A DNA stretch of 64,000 nucleotides from an uncultured Rubripirellula sp. (GTDB lineage: Bacteria > Planctomycetota > Planctomycetia > Pirellulales > Pirellulaceae): positions 32,001 to 96,000 of the forward strand of contig CALKGR010000001.1 in assembly GCA_938085445.1 (NCBI GenBank). The letters are read 5' to 3'. A program made the position numbers and the translations under genes. Positions 30,140-38,722 of the stretch are shown here, piece by piece; the stretch's first letter is position 1; each line of letters starts with the position of its first letter. A model generated the notes under the pieces. That model did no database searches and was not told the origin of the DNA. It saw only the letters and a program-made list of their open reading frames with translations.

Positions 30140-30616
30140 TCAAGTGCAGCGTGCTCCACTTCGCCCGCTGACAGATGCCTTCTGGTTTTGTTCATCGATT
30201 TGGTCGTTCAAGGTGCACACGTCATAGACGATTCCGAAACCAAATAGCCCTGCTGTTAACAGATAGAGCAGGCCCATACCAATCTTTCCCAGATAAAAAC
30301 GATGAACGCCAAATATCCCGAACAACACTAACAACACCCATGCAAGGCTGTAATCGAACCGGCCATTTTCGTATTCGCCATCTGCCTGATCAGCCATGCC
30401 AGCGACTAGAAATAAGTCAACAATCCAGCCCACCAGAAATAGACCACCGGTAAAAAACCAGATCATGCCTGTCAACGGTTTCCCAAAATAGAAACGGTGC
30501 AGTCCACTGAAGCCGACGAGCCAGAAAAGATAGCCAATCAAACGCGGATGACTTGATACGACCGCTCGCTGAACTGCCTCGGCATGTTCCATGGGTGAAT
30601 TGGATTTTGGTTTCAT
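30140..30616 (-). CDS. TM2 domain-containing membrane protein
   Basis: Two TM2 repeats, GLHRFYFGK and GVHRFYLGK; start uncertain. Confidence 0.85.
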   Translation of the reverse strand: MKPKSNSPMEHAEAVQRAVVSSHPRLIGYLFWLVGFSGLHRFYFGKPLTGMIWFFTGGLFLVGWIVDLFLVAGMADQADGEYENGRFDYSLAWVLLVLFGIFGVHRFYLGKIGMGLLYLLTAGLFGFGIVYDVCTLNDQIDEQNQKASVSGRSGARCT

Positions 30617-30767
30617 AGTCAGCCTGCAGTCGACGCGATCATGCCGGAAAAGTGGGAAAAACAACTCGCTAAACAGCCCCGACAGCATGACCAATCCTCG
30701 GGCAGAAAATTAGCCTTCTGAGCAATTGGCAAAAAAACCCTGATTGCGAACGACACCTCCAGTCGAT

Positions 30768-30789
30768 AAGGTGTACACAATTACACCTT
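30768..30789. promoter_or_regulatory. Palindromic operator candidate (possible LexA/SOS box) upstream of dnaE2
   Basis: AAGGTGTA-CACAAT-TACACCTT, perfect 8-bp arms ending 35 bp before the dnaE2 ATG. Confidence 0.55.
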
Positions 30790-30824
30790 TCCCGAGTTTC
30801 GCGCAGCCCTAGCACCAACCGCTT

Positions 30825-33800
30825 ATGCAGTACGTCGAATTGCATTGCAAAAGCAACTTCTCGTTTCTCACAGGTGCATCCCATCCAGATGAACTGGTTG
30901 AACGGGCATCAGAACTTGGCTACCAAGGCCTCGCCTTGACTGACGAATCATCCGTGGCTGGAGTGGTTCGTGGTCACGCAGCTGCAAAGGACTTGGACAT
31001 GCAGTACATCGTTGGAGCAGAGGTACAGCTGACCGATGCTCCATCCATGGTGTTATGGCCAACGAACCGCGCTGCCTATGGCCAATTGTGTCGCCTCATC
31101 TCCAGAGGGCGAATGCGAGCTGAGAAAGGAATCTGCCAACTTAGCTGGCAGGATGTGGTCGAATTCAGCAGCGGTTTACTGGCAGGATTGCTACCACATG
31201 AAGCAGTGAATCAGCTGGAGCCTACGACATCCACACCCCTAAGTCGGTTTCTCAGAACCGAGTTCCGCGAAGTATTCAATGACAGTGGTTATCTGTTGTG
31301 TGAAGTCCATCGTGGCGTAGACGACCAGATGCATGTACAGCGTCTGCGAGAACTTTCGATTGGCAACGACGTGCCGCTTGTCGTTGCTGGAGACGTTCAC
31401 TATCACACAGCCGATCGCATGTTGATGCATGATTGCCTGTCTGCAATCCAGAATGGAACAAATATCGAACAGGCTCAGAGAAAACGCTTCCGTAACAGTC
31501 AACGTCATCTCCGATCATTGACAGACATTGCGGACCTGTATCGAGATATTCCTGAAGCAATAGAGAGAACGCTGGAGATCGCGGAGCGTTGTAAATTCAA
31601 ACTATCCGAACTGCGTTATGAATACCCAGAGGAAATTGCTCCGCCGGGCATGTCACTGCTCGAACATCTGAAACGTCTGACATGGGAAGGCGCAAAAGCA
31701 AGATGGCCTGAAGGTGTTCCTGAAAAAGTAATTGATTTACTTCGACACGAAATGCAAATCATTCAGGAACTTGGTTATGAGGCATATTTCCTGACAGTCT
31801 GGGACATGGTCCGTTTTGCTCGCCAACGCAACATCCTATGTCAGGGACGCGGTTCTGCTGCGAATTCTACCGTCTGTTATTGTCTGGGTATTACGAATGT
31901 GGATCCCAGTCAATCAGACCTGCTTTTCGAGCGTTTCGTAAGCCGAGAGCGTGACGAGGCCCCAGATATCGATGTTGACTTTGAACACCAACGACGTGAA
32001 GAAGTGTTGCAGTATCTTTATGGTAAATACGGTCGTGATCGTGCTGGATTAACAGCAACGGTCATTACCTATCGCACCAAGAGTGCGATTCGGGATGTTG
32101 GCAAGGCACTGAGCATCTCTGCCGACACCATCGATTCCATAGCAAAGCTAAGTGGTAGTGGCGCCACCTTTGTGCAACGCTGCACCGAAGGTGGACTGGA
32201 TCCGGAATCCGACTTGGGTCAGCGTTTCATCTATCTGGTCACAACACTGACGGGTTTTCCAAGACACTTGTCGCAGCATGTTGGTGGCATGGTGATGACA
32301 GCAGGTAGCCTTTGCGAATTGTGCCCTATCGAGAATGCGGCGATGGAAGACCGCACGATCATTCAGTGGAATAAAGATGACCTGGATGAACTTGGAATTC
32401 TCAAAGTCGATGTACTAGCACTTGGAATGTTATCAGCTTTACATCGATGCTTCGATCTTATCGCCAAGCATCATGATCGCAGGCTTACTCTTGGCACATT
32501 ACCCCAAGATGACCAAGCAACTTACGACATGATTTGCAAAGCAGACACCATCGGTGTTTTCCAAATCGAAAGCCGAGCCCAAATGAGCATGTTGCCACGG
32601 CTTCAACCACGCTGCTATTACGATCTTGTGGTCGAAGTAGCGATTGTGCGTCCCGGTCCTATTCAGGGCAACATGGTGCATCCTTATTTAAAAGCCCGTG
32701 AAAACCCGCAAGCTGTGATTTATCCAAATGATGCCATACGCGGGGTACTGGAAAAGACACTCGGAGTGCCTATCTTTCAAGAACAAGCCATGCGATTGGC
32801 AGTTGTGGCAGCTGGCTTCACACCGGGTGAGGCAGATCAGCTGCGCAGAGCGATGGCAGCATGGCGGCGTCCGGGACTGATCGACAAGTTTCGAACCAAG
32901 CTTCTGGAAGGGATGCAGAAAAAAAACTTCACAGCTGCCTTTGCTGAACATGTATTCAATCAAATACGCGGTTTCGGAGAATATGGATTCCCGGAATCAC
33001 ATGCCGCCAGCTTCGCCCTGCTGGTCTATGCATCCTGCTACCTGAAATGTCATTACCCAGATGCTTTCTGTGTTGCTCTGCTGAATAGTCAGCCGATGGG
33101 TTTTTATGCGCCTGCCCAGTTGATTGCCGATGCTCAAAAACACGGCGTGGAAGTCCGCGGCGTGGATATCAATCTCAGTGACTGGGAATCGACATTGGAA
33201 CCGGATCTTCAAAATGAAGATGGGAAGAAAAATGAACAGGGATCATCAGTTAAACAAGCCATCCGCCTTGGCCTGACGACCATTCGTGGGCTTCATTCCA
33301 ACATTGCCTTGGAACTTATCCAAGAGCGATACACAGGCGGGCCATACAGCAGCATGGAAGACCTTGTCAAACGTACTGGCTTGGGAAAAATGCCTTTAGC
33401 GACACTTGCTGATGCTGATGCATTTGAATCTCTGCATGTTGATCGCCGTGCTGCGGTGTGGCATTCACTCGGTCAAGACCACAACCCCAACCAACAACCG
33501 TTGTTTGCCGATCTGAACGAAACAGAACAAACACCAGACACACTGGCCCCCATGACGCCGATGGAGGAAGTTCACGCGGACTACGACATGACTGGATTGA
33601 GCCTTAAAGCGCATCCAGTCTCATTTATTCGCGACGAACTAATCGTTCGGCGGTGTGTTACTTCCAAAGACCTCAAAGATCTTAGAGACGGACGGCATGT
33701 TCGAGTTGCCGGGCTGATCTTACTCAGGCAAAAACCCTCAACGGCAAAAGGCATTGTCTTTGCAACGATGGAAGATGAAACAGGGTCAATCAACCTGGTC

Positions 33801-33974
33801 ATCTTCAAGGCCGTCTGGGAGCGTTTTTTTCGTATCGCTCGAACCAGTAATGCTTGGCTGGTTGAAGGAAAACTAGAAAATCGTCAAGGCGTTATTCACG
33901 TTGTTGTCGGACGCATCACTGACCTCAGTGAGGAAGTGACAGGGCTAGCGATTTCCTCAAAAGACTTTCATTAA
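30825..33974 (+). CDS. dnaE2: Error-prone DNA polymerase III alpha paralogue
   Basis: YVELHCKSNFSFLTGASHP, GRGSAANS, PDIDVDF, PRHLSQHVGG, YGFPESHA, C-terminal SKDFH (variant of the DnaE2 SRDFH signature); 1049 aa. Confidence 0.95.
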   Translation: MQYVELHCKSNFSFLTGASHPDELVERASELGYQGLALTDESSVAGVVRGHAAAKDLDMQYIVGAEVQLTDAPSMVLWPTNRAAYGQLCRLISRGRMRAEKGICQLSWQDVVEFSSGLLAGLLPHEAVNQLEPTTSTPLSRFLRTEFREVFNDSGYLLCEVHRGVDDQMHVQRLRELSIGNDVPLVVAGDVHYHTADRMLMHDCLSAIQNGTNIEQAQRKRFRNSQRHLRSLTDIADLYRDIPEAIERTLEIAERCKFKLSELRYEYPEEIAPPGMSLLEHLKRLTWEGAKARWPEGVPEKVIDLLRHEMQIIQELGYEAYFLTVWDMVRFARQRNILCQGRGSAANSTVCYCLGITNVDPSQSDLLFERFVSRERDEAPDIDVDFEHQRREEVLQYLYGKYGRDRAGLTATVITYRTKSAIRDVGKALSISADTIDSIAKLSGSGATFVQRCTEGGLDPESDLGQRFIYLVTTLTGFPRHLSQHVGGMVMTAGSLCELCPIENAAMEDRTIIQWNKDDLDELGILKVDVLALGMLSALHRCFDLIAKHHDRRLTLGTLPQDDQATYDMICKADTIGVFQIESRAQMSMLPRLQPRCYYDLVVEVAIVRPGPIQGNMVHPYLKARENPQAVIYPNDAIRGVLEKTLGVPIFQEQAMRLAVVAAGFTPGEADQLRRAMAAWRRPGLIDKFRTKLLEGMQKKNFTAAFAEHVFNQIRGFGEYGFPESHAASFALLVYASCYLKCHYPDAFCVALLNSQPMGFYAPAQLIADAQKHGVEVRGVDINLSDWESTLEPDLQNEDGKKNEQGSSVKQAIRLGLTTIRGLHSNIALELIQERYTGGPYSSMEDLVKRTGLGKMPLATLADADAFESLHVDRRAAVWHSLGQDHNPNQQPLFADLNETEQTPDTLAPMTPMEEVHADYDMTGLSLKAHPVSFIRDELIVRRCVTSKDLKDLRDGRHVRVAGLILLRQKPSTAKGIVFATMEDETGSINLVIFKAVWERFFRIARTSNAWLVEGKLENRQGVIHVVVGRITDLSEEVTGLAISSKDFH

Positions 33975-33982
33975 CAACCATT

Positions 33983-34720
33983 CTACAAAACACTTTCAGC
34001 TACCAGTCTTCGCCTCAACTGCTGAACTATACTCATCTGCCATTGACCCTTACCCGTACTGTCGACCCGGTAGTCCATAAACATCTGTATCTTCATTTCG
34101 CTGTCACCAGTTGGATCTGACCATATGACCTCAGCATGCTCCTTACCATATTGGAAATAGATACGAATGGGTCGATCCAATTCCCACTTTGCCTTGGGAC
34201 CACGCCGCTTCAATTCCCGATTCACGACATCTGTTTTGAACTGCACCAACGACTCGGAAATGCGTTGATCTGACAAATAATGGTCTGCCAAATTCATGTC
34301 TGTTGAAAGGCGGTTGTACCACTCCTTCTTCAACTCCATTGCGTGTTCATCATGCCCCAAAGCGATCAATTCGATATACTGCCCGGCAAACTCTTCTGCC
34401 TGACGGCTGAGCGTCGCCTTTTTCAGCATGGGAATCGTGTACCCGCATGTCCCAAAACCCACGCTTAAAATGATACCCCACATGGCAACCAGAGTCCCAG
34501 CGGGCCTCGGACCGTCATACTTTCGCAGAGCAATCAAGCCAAACAAGATTGAACCCAACGCAACCAACAACATCGGCTCGAACAAGATACTGAAGAAGCT
34601 GAGTACACCCAATAAAAAACAGATGTAACCGGTGACACGGAGCGGCGGTGGCTCTTCAAACTCGAATCCATTCCCCGAGCCCATTCCGAGCATGGTTATT
34701 TCATCACGTTCTTCAGTCAT
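33983..34720 (-). CDS. Hypothetical membrane protein (DUF4190-like N-terminus)
   Basis: 245 aa, three N-terminal TM helices followed by a soluble domain. Confidence 0.65.
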   Translation of the reverse strand: MTEERDEITMLGMGSGNGFEFEEPPPLRVTGYICFLLGVLSFFSILFEPMLLVALGSILFGLIALRKYDGPRPAGTLVAMWGIILSVGFGTCGYTIPMLKKATLSRQAEEFAGQYIELIALGHDEHAMELKKEWYNRLSTDMNLADHYLSDQRISESLVQFKTDVVNRELKRRGPKAKWELDRPIRIYFQYGKEHAEVIWSDPTGDSEMKIQMFMDYRVDSTGKGQWQMSIVQQLRRRLVAESVL

Positions 34721-35119
34721 GTCGCAATCGTCTGGCAGGAGAAAGATAAGGTGCGGGCCAACCTGGCCTGCAGTCGTAGGGGTGATCTTCGTCAGTAATC
34801 TTGTCGTTAGGTCAGTTCTGCAAAAAACACAATCGGGGCACGGGAGCCTCTCGAATCAATCGTGCTTCCGACAGGGCAGCATTATCGCCAAGGCTGGCTC
34901 GGACCTGCGTGAGGTATAAGCTTTGAAGCCGGAGAACGGCACTTTCTACTTAAAAACTTCGTCCTTGGGTGATTCTGGGCGGCGTTTGGGTGCCCAAAAA
35001 CCAGAGAAATCTGCTTACCATGTGTCGCTGATACGCAGTCGAGACGAGACTTGTTTTGAAAAAAGGTCGATTTAGCAATCAAACTCAAAAATAGTTACGT
35101 CTCAATCGACCGCAGGCTA

Positions 35120-36334
35120 CTAGGCTGCCCGCCGCGGTAAATCACTAACATTTCCAATGTTTTTTGACATTCCAGCGCTGCCTGACAACCGTGGATGAAT
35201 GAACTCAGCGGCTCGCTGTGAAGCTCCGGGCTGAGCATATTGATCACGAAGGCGATCCAAACTTTCCAACAAGCCTTGGAAATAGAAATGGTCATTCAGC
35301 ATCGCATGAACAGACTGCGTCAGAAAGTCGATCGCCGGTTCCGTTTTACCAACGGAAACCATCTCAGGAAACACTTTCCGGTCACTCATCAAGTTAGGAA
35401 GCGTAATACTATCCAACCTGAGCACATGCTTACCAACGGTATGCAATACGCGACCGACTCGATAAACCACAGCCGCAGGTGTTCGTCTCGCCATCAACTC
35501 AAGACTGACACTACCGCTGACCATCATGGCACAACGTGCAGCTTCCACCACCTCACTGGTCCGGTCAACAAAGAACTCAATGGGCAACTCTTGGTCTTCT
35601 TCCGTCATCTGGTCACGGCACCAAAGACATTGCCGATCGCGATAAGCAGCGACAAGAAAACGCGTCCTGGGGTTCACGCGGTGAAGCCTACGAATCGCCT
35701 CCAACATCAATGGCCAATTTGAATGTACCTCGTGCTCACGGGACCCTGGTAAAACAGCGACAAGATGCTCGCCCCGAAGACTGGTATCACGAAACCGACC
35801 TAGCAACTGATGATCTAACGGTTGGCACGCGACAGCATCAAAGAAAGGATGCCCCACAAAAGTGGTGGGGATCCCACGGCGTTCAAAATAATCTTTTTCG
35901 ACAGGAAGCACCGCCAACACATGATCCACAGATCGTTTCATTTTGTGAATCCGCCAACCGCCCCATGCCCACAGTTGCGGTGGACAATAGTAGTAAACAG
36001 GAATGCCGTACTTTTTAGCACGCTTTGCGATATGCCAATTAAAACCGGGGAAATCAACCAACACGACCGCATCAACATTTCCCTGACGAAAAATTTCCTC
36101 CGCCTCATCAGCGAAACGAAAAAACTGCCTCAACTTCGGGATCACTTCAATCAATCCAACAACTGCATGTTGCGTCAAATCGCGATCAAGATGACAACCA
36201 GCATCTCGCATCGCCTGACCACCAAACCCTCGCAATTGAATCGTCGAATCCAAGGCCAATATCTGTGAAACCATCCGGGCGGCGTGCTGGTCGCCGCTGG
36301 GTTCGCCGACGGAGAAAAATATATTTGCTGACAT
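35120..36334 (-). CDS. lpxB: Lipid-A-disaccharide synthase
   Basis: VGEPSGD, VDFPGFN, PPQLWAW, FVGHP, LPGSREHE, SGSVSLE, LPNLM; start placed at MSANIF. Confidence 0.93.
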   Translation of the reverse strand: MSANIFFSVGEPSGDQHAARMVSQILALDSTIQLRGFGGQAMRDAGCHLDRDLTQHAVVGLIEVIPKLRQFFRFADEAEEIFRQGNVDAVVLVDFPGFNWHIAKRAKKYGIPVYYYCPPQLWAWGGWRIHKMKRSVDHVLAVLPVEKDYFERRGIPTTFVGHPFFDAVACQPLDHQLLGRFRDTSLRGEHLVAVLPGSREHEVHSNWPLMLEAIRRLHRVNPRTRFLVAAYRDRQCLWCRDQMTEEDQELPIEFFVDRTSEVVEAARCAMMVSGSVSLELMARRTPAAVVYRVGRVLHTVGKHVLRLDSITLPNLMSDRKVFPEMVSVGKTEPAIDFLTQSVHAMLNDHFYFQGLLESLDRLRDQYAQPGASQRAAEFIHPRLSGSAGMSKNIGNVSDLPRRAA

Positions 36335-36740
36335 TCGGATACCCGAGCTTCGGACTCTCCCGCTGACCTCATTTTTCATTTCAAACCCCATGCAGCTTCA
36401 GCCGGCATGATTTTTTGATAGAGGGAGCCGGGAAATTGGCTTCACTGATCTTATCAGTAAAGAAAGCAAGGTCTGATCGTCAACGCTAATTCGATGCTAG
36501 CATCGCAAATGAACATCTGACCGGGCGTCACGTACGCAACAGCCGCATAGGCTTGAGCAACTTTTGCGATCTGAGCCCCAAACGGGAAAGGACGACTCAG
36601 AAGTCGAACCGCTCAGAGCGGTTTACAAAGATGACTCCAAGTCCACTCATGAATTGCAAGCAAAGCACACCATTCAAACCACGCACTGCATACTTTCTTG
36701 TTTGATGCTTGTGATCACCCACCTGCTGTCACCTCGGCAT

Positions 36741-36780
36741 AAAAAAACGACCCGTCGAGTAAATCCTCGACGGGTCGTTT
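36741..36780 (-). terminator. Rho-independent terminator of the Cys-rich protein gene
   Basis: Perfect 15-bp stem AAACGACCCGTCGAG/CTCGACGGGTCGTTT with a 6-nt loop; U7 tract on the minus strand; 45 bp after the stop. Confidence 0.9.
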
Positions 36781-36825
36781 GTAGTTCACGTCTGAAAGGT
36801 GATCAGAGTGTTCACGTTACGCAAT

Positions 36826-37554
36826 TCAGCGAACGAAAACAGCACTGGCCTGAACGACGCGACGCTTGCTGGTCGCCTGTGCACTTGGGTCAACAACCGG
36901 TGCTGGCATTGGAGCAGCTTCCATAGCGGCTTCGCAGCCACAAGCTGGCTCGCAACCACACGCTGGCTCGCTGTCGCAGCCATCGTCACAGCAATCTTTC
37001 TTCTTAAGTTTTCCGAACAGCTTCTCAAGCAGTCCACAAGACTTCATAGGAGCACAGCCACTGTCGCAACCGGAGTCGCAGGCGTCGCTTTCGCAACCAC
37101 ATGCAGGCTCTTCTGCACCACAAGCAGGCTCTTCGCAACCGCATGCAGGCTCTTCGCAACCACATGCTGGCTCGCATCCATCGCAGTTGCTCTTCTTAGC
37201 GAAAAGCTTCGCCAAAAGTCCGCATCCACGATCTTTGCTGCACGCACTGTCACAACCTGAATCACAGCTGTCACTTTCGCAACCGCAAGCTGGCTCTTCT
37301 GCACCACAAGCAGGCTCTTCGCAGCCACAAGCAGGCTCTTCGCACCCACATGCTGGCTCCTCGCACCCACATGCTGGCTCTTCACTGCCGCAAGCTGGTT
37401 CACAAGCTGCGTCGCAGCTTCCTGTATCACAACACTTGGCGGAGCTTCCACAGCCCTTCACGCCGAGCATACGATCTAAAAGGTCAAACCCGAAGCTCTG
37501 GCTGCACATAGTACAACCGAGAACGAGTGCCATTGTCATAATTGTCCGCTTCAT
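36826..37554 (-). CDS. Secreted cysteine-rich repeat protein (EEPACGC repeats)
   Basis: SD-like AAGGGAG before ATG 37554, signal peptide MKRTIMTMALVLG...SFG, 242 aa with 41 Cys and 12 EPACG units, dedicated terminator. Confidence 0.85.
   Translation of the reverse strand: MKRTIMTMALVLGCTMCSQSFGFDLLDRMLGVKGCGSSAKCCDTGSCDAACEPACGSEEPACGCEEPACGCEEPACGCEEPACGAEEPACGCESDSCDSGCDSACSKDRGCGLLAKLFAKKSNCDGCEPACGCEEPACGCEEPACGAEEPACGCESDACDSGCDSGCAPMKSCGLLEKLFGKLKKKDCCDDGCDSEPACGCEPACGCEAAMEAAPMPAPVVDPSAQATSKRRVVQASAVFVR
37093..37176 (-). repeat. 21-bp coding tandem repeat x4 (xEPACGx)
   Basis: gcaggctcttcgcaacc-type units, codons 127-154. Confidence 0.85.
37279..37404 (-). repeat. 21-bp coding tandem repeat x6 (xEPACGx)
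   Basis: Codons 51-92 of the Cys-rich protein, with synonymous variation between units. Confidence 0.85.
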
Positions 37555-37555
37555 T

Positions 37556-37915
37556 GGAGCCACATCTCCCTTAATCTCAACTTGGCGGTTAAGTCGGTAT
37601 GCCGTCACCGTCGGCGAATGAGCTCTACTTTTGCTGCGTGAGAGAGCTTTCAGTGGAGGTGCATTCGATGGACGAAGTCGCCGTCGAGCACACCTCGAGT
37701 TTGCTCCGACAAACACAAACGGGTCGGGTGCGGACACCCGGCCCGCCGACTTCGTTCAGTTCGTCGTTCTCGCTGCCGGCAACGGTTAGGTTGCCGTAGA
37801 ACCACTCAAGTTTGGTGACGCCATGTGATCCTGACATCCCATGTCAGGTTCCCTGGGTCTATCGCAATGAGCTGGTTTTTGGCATTGAGCCGTACCCATC
37901 TCATTTGCGATCTGT
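37556..37915 (-). ncRNA. Candidate structured 5' leader / cis-regulatory RNA
   Basis: At least seven complementary helices in ~350 nt directly upstream of the Cys-rich gene; strand inferred from position only. Confidence 0.45.
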
Positions 37916-38268
37916 ATCCGTATCGACGCTGACTGGCCGTTCAATCAATCTTCCGCGGGATTTTCACCCTGTTGGAAAAGTTTGCCGGTTACGGGGTTTT
38001 TGCCGTTTTTTTGGAGGAATGCTGTTCCTCCGCTTCTGCGCGTGGCGTATTTCGTCCAACCGGTATAAAATCAAGCGGAATGGAGTGGCTGGCGAGTGCC
38101 AGCCACATCCGACCAAGATGGTCGGCACCGACCCCAAGAAGACCACCCCATGCGGGCGAGCAAGCGAAATTGTGGGAAACGAAGCGAAACCGCCAGGGAT
38201 TTCGATTGGTTTCCTATCGCATCGATCCCCGAGATTGTGGTCGCTTGTGATATCCCCCCCGGTAACGC

Positions 38269-38643
38269 GTGACTTTACCAGCCAAGCCAACAGTTCTCGA
38301 TCTGACTGCGTTGCCAGGGATCCCTTGTCCCTGTGGCGTAGCCCGTCGAGCTTTTGCTGATCGAGAAGAATTCCCTGGAACGGTACATCTGACTGAGATC
38401 AGCACTGATGCACGCGAGCATTACCACAAGGAGCACACTGAAGTTTACGTCATCCTGACCTGCCAGCCGAATGCGGTCATGATTCTGGACGGAGAAGAGG
38501 TTCCAGTGGCACCCCACCACGCCATTCTGATCCCCCCCAGAGTCCGACATCGTGCCGTTGGCGAAATGACAGTTCTGATCCTGTGTACACCAAATTTTGA
38601 TCCCGCTGACGAATATTTCGATGATTCGTCTGTACCTGCGTAA
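38269..38643 (+). CDS. Cupin domain protein
   Basis: HYHKEHTEVYVIL and IPPRVRHRAVG cupin motifs; N-terminal CPCG. Confidence 0.85.
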   Translation: MTLPAKPTVLDLTALPGIPCPCGVARRAFADREEFPGTVHLTEISTDAREHYHKEHTEVYVILTCQPNAVMILDGEEVPVAPHHAILIPPRVRHRAVGEMTVLILCTPNFDPADEYFDDSSVPA

Positions 38644-38722
38644 TCAGTTGGTTCGTAAGAAGACTTGCTGAAATATCATCATCCAACTGCCTGAATAGCC
38701 CCCCGAGTTTTAGAGAATCCAA

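Noticed and set aside
37093..37404. Possible CRISPR array
   Set aside because: Contiguous 21-bp in-frame coding repeats with no unique spacers and no cas genes.
36799..37621. Long + strand ORFs (153 aa and 251 aa, SQPQAGS repeats) and the 135-aa alternate minus frame
   Set aside because: Shadows of the stop-poor 21-bp repeat. The SD, signal peptide and terminator polarity all favour 37554-36826.
37555..37737. 61-codon N-terminal extension of the Cys-rich ORF given by the ORF track
   Set aside because: It would bury the signal peptide; an SD sits before ATG 37554 and the extension runs through the structured leader.
37812..38360. 182-aa + strand ORF and overlapping short ORFs
   Set aside because: No recognisable motifs, atypical composition, overlaps the cupin gene; more likely a divergent promoter region.
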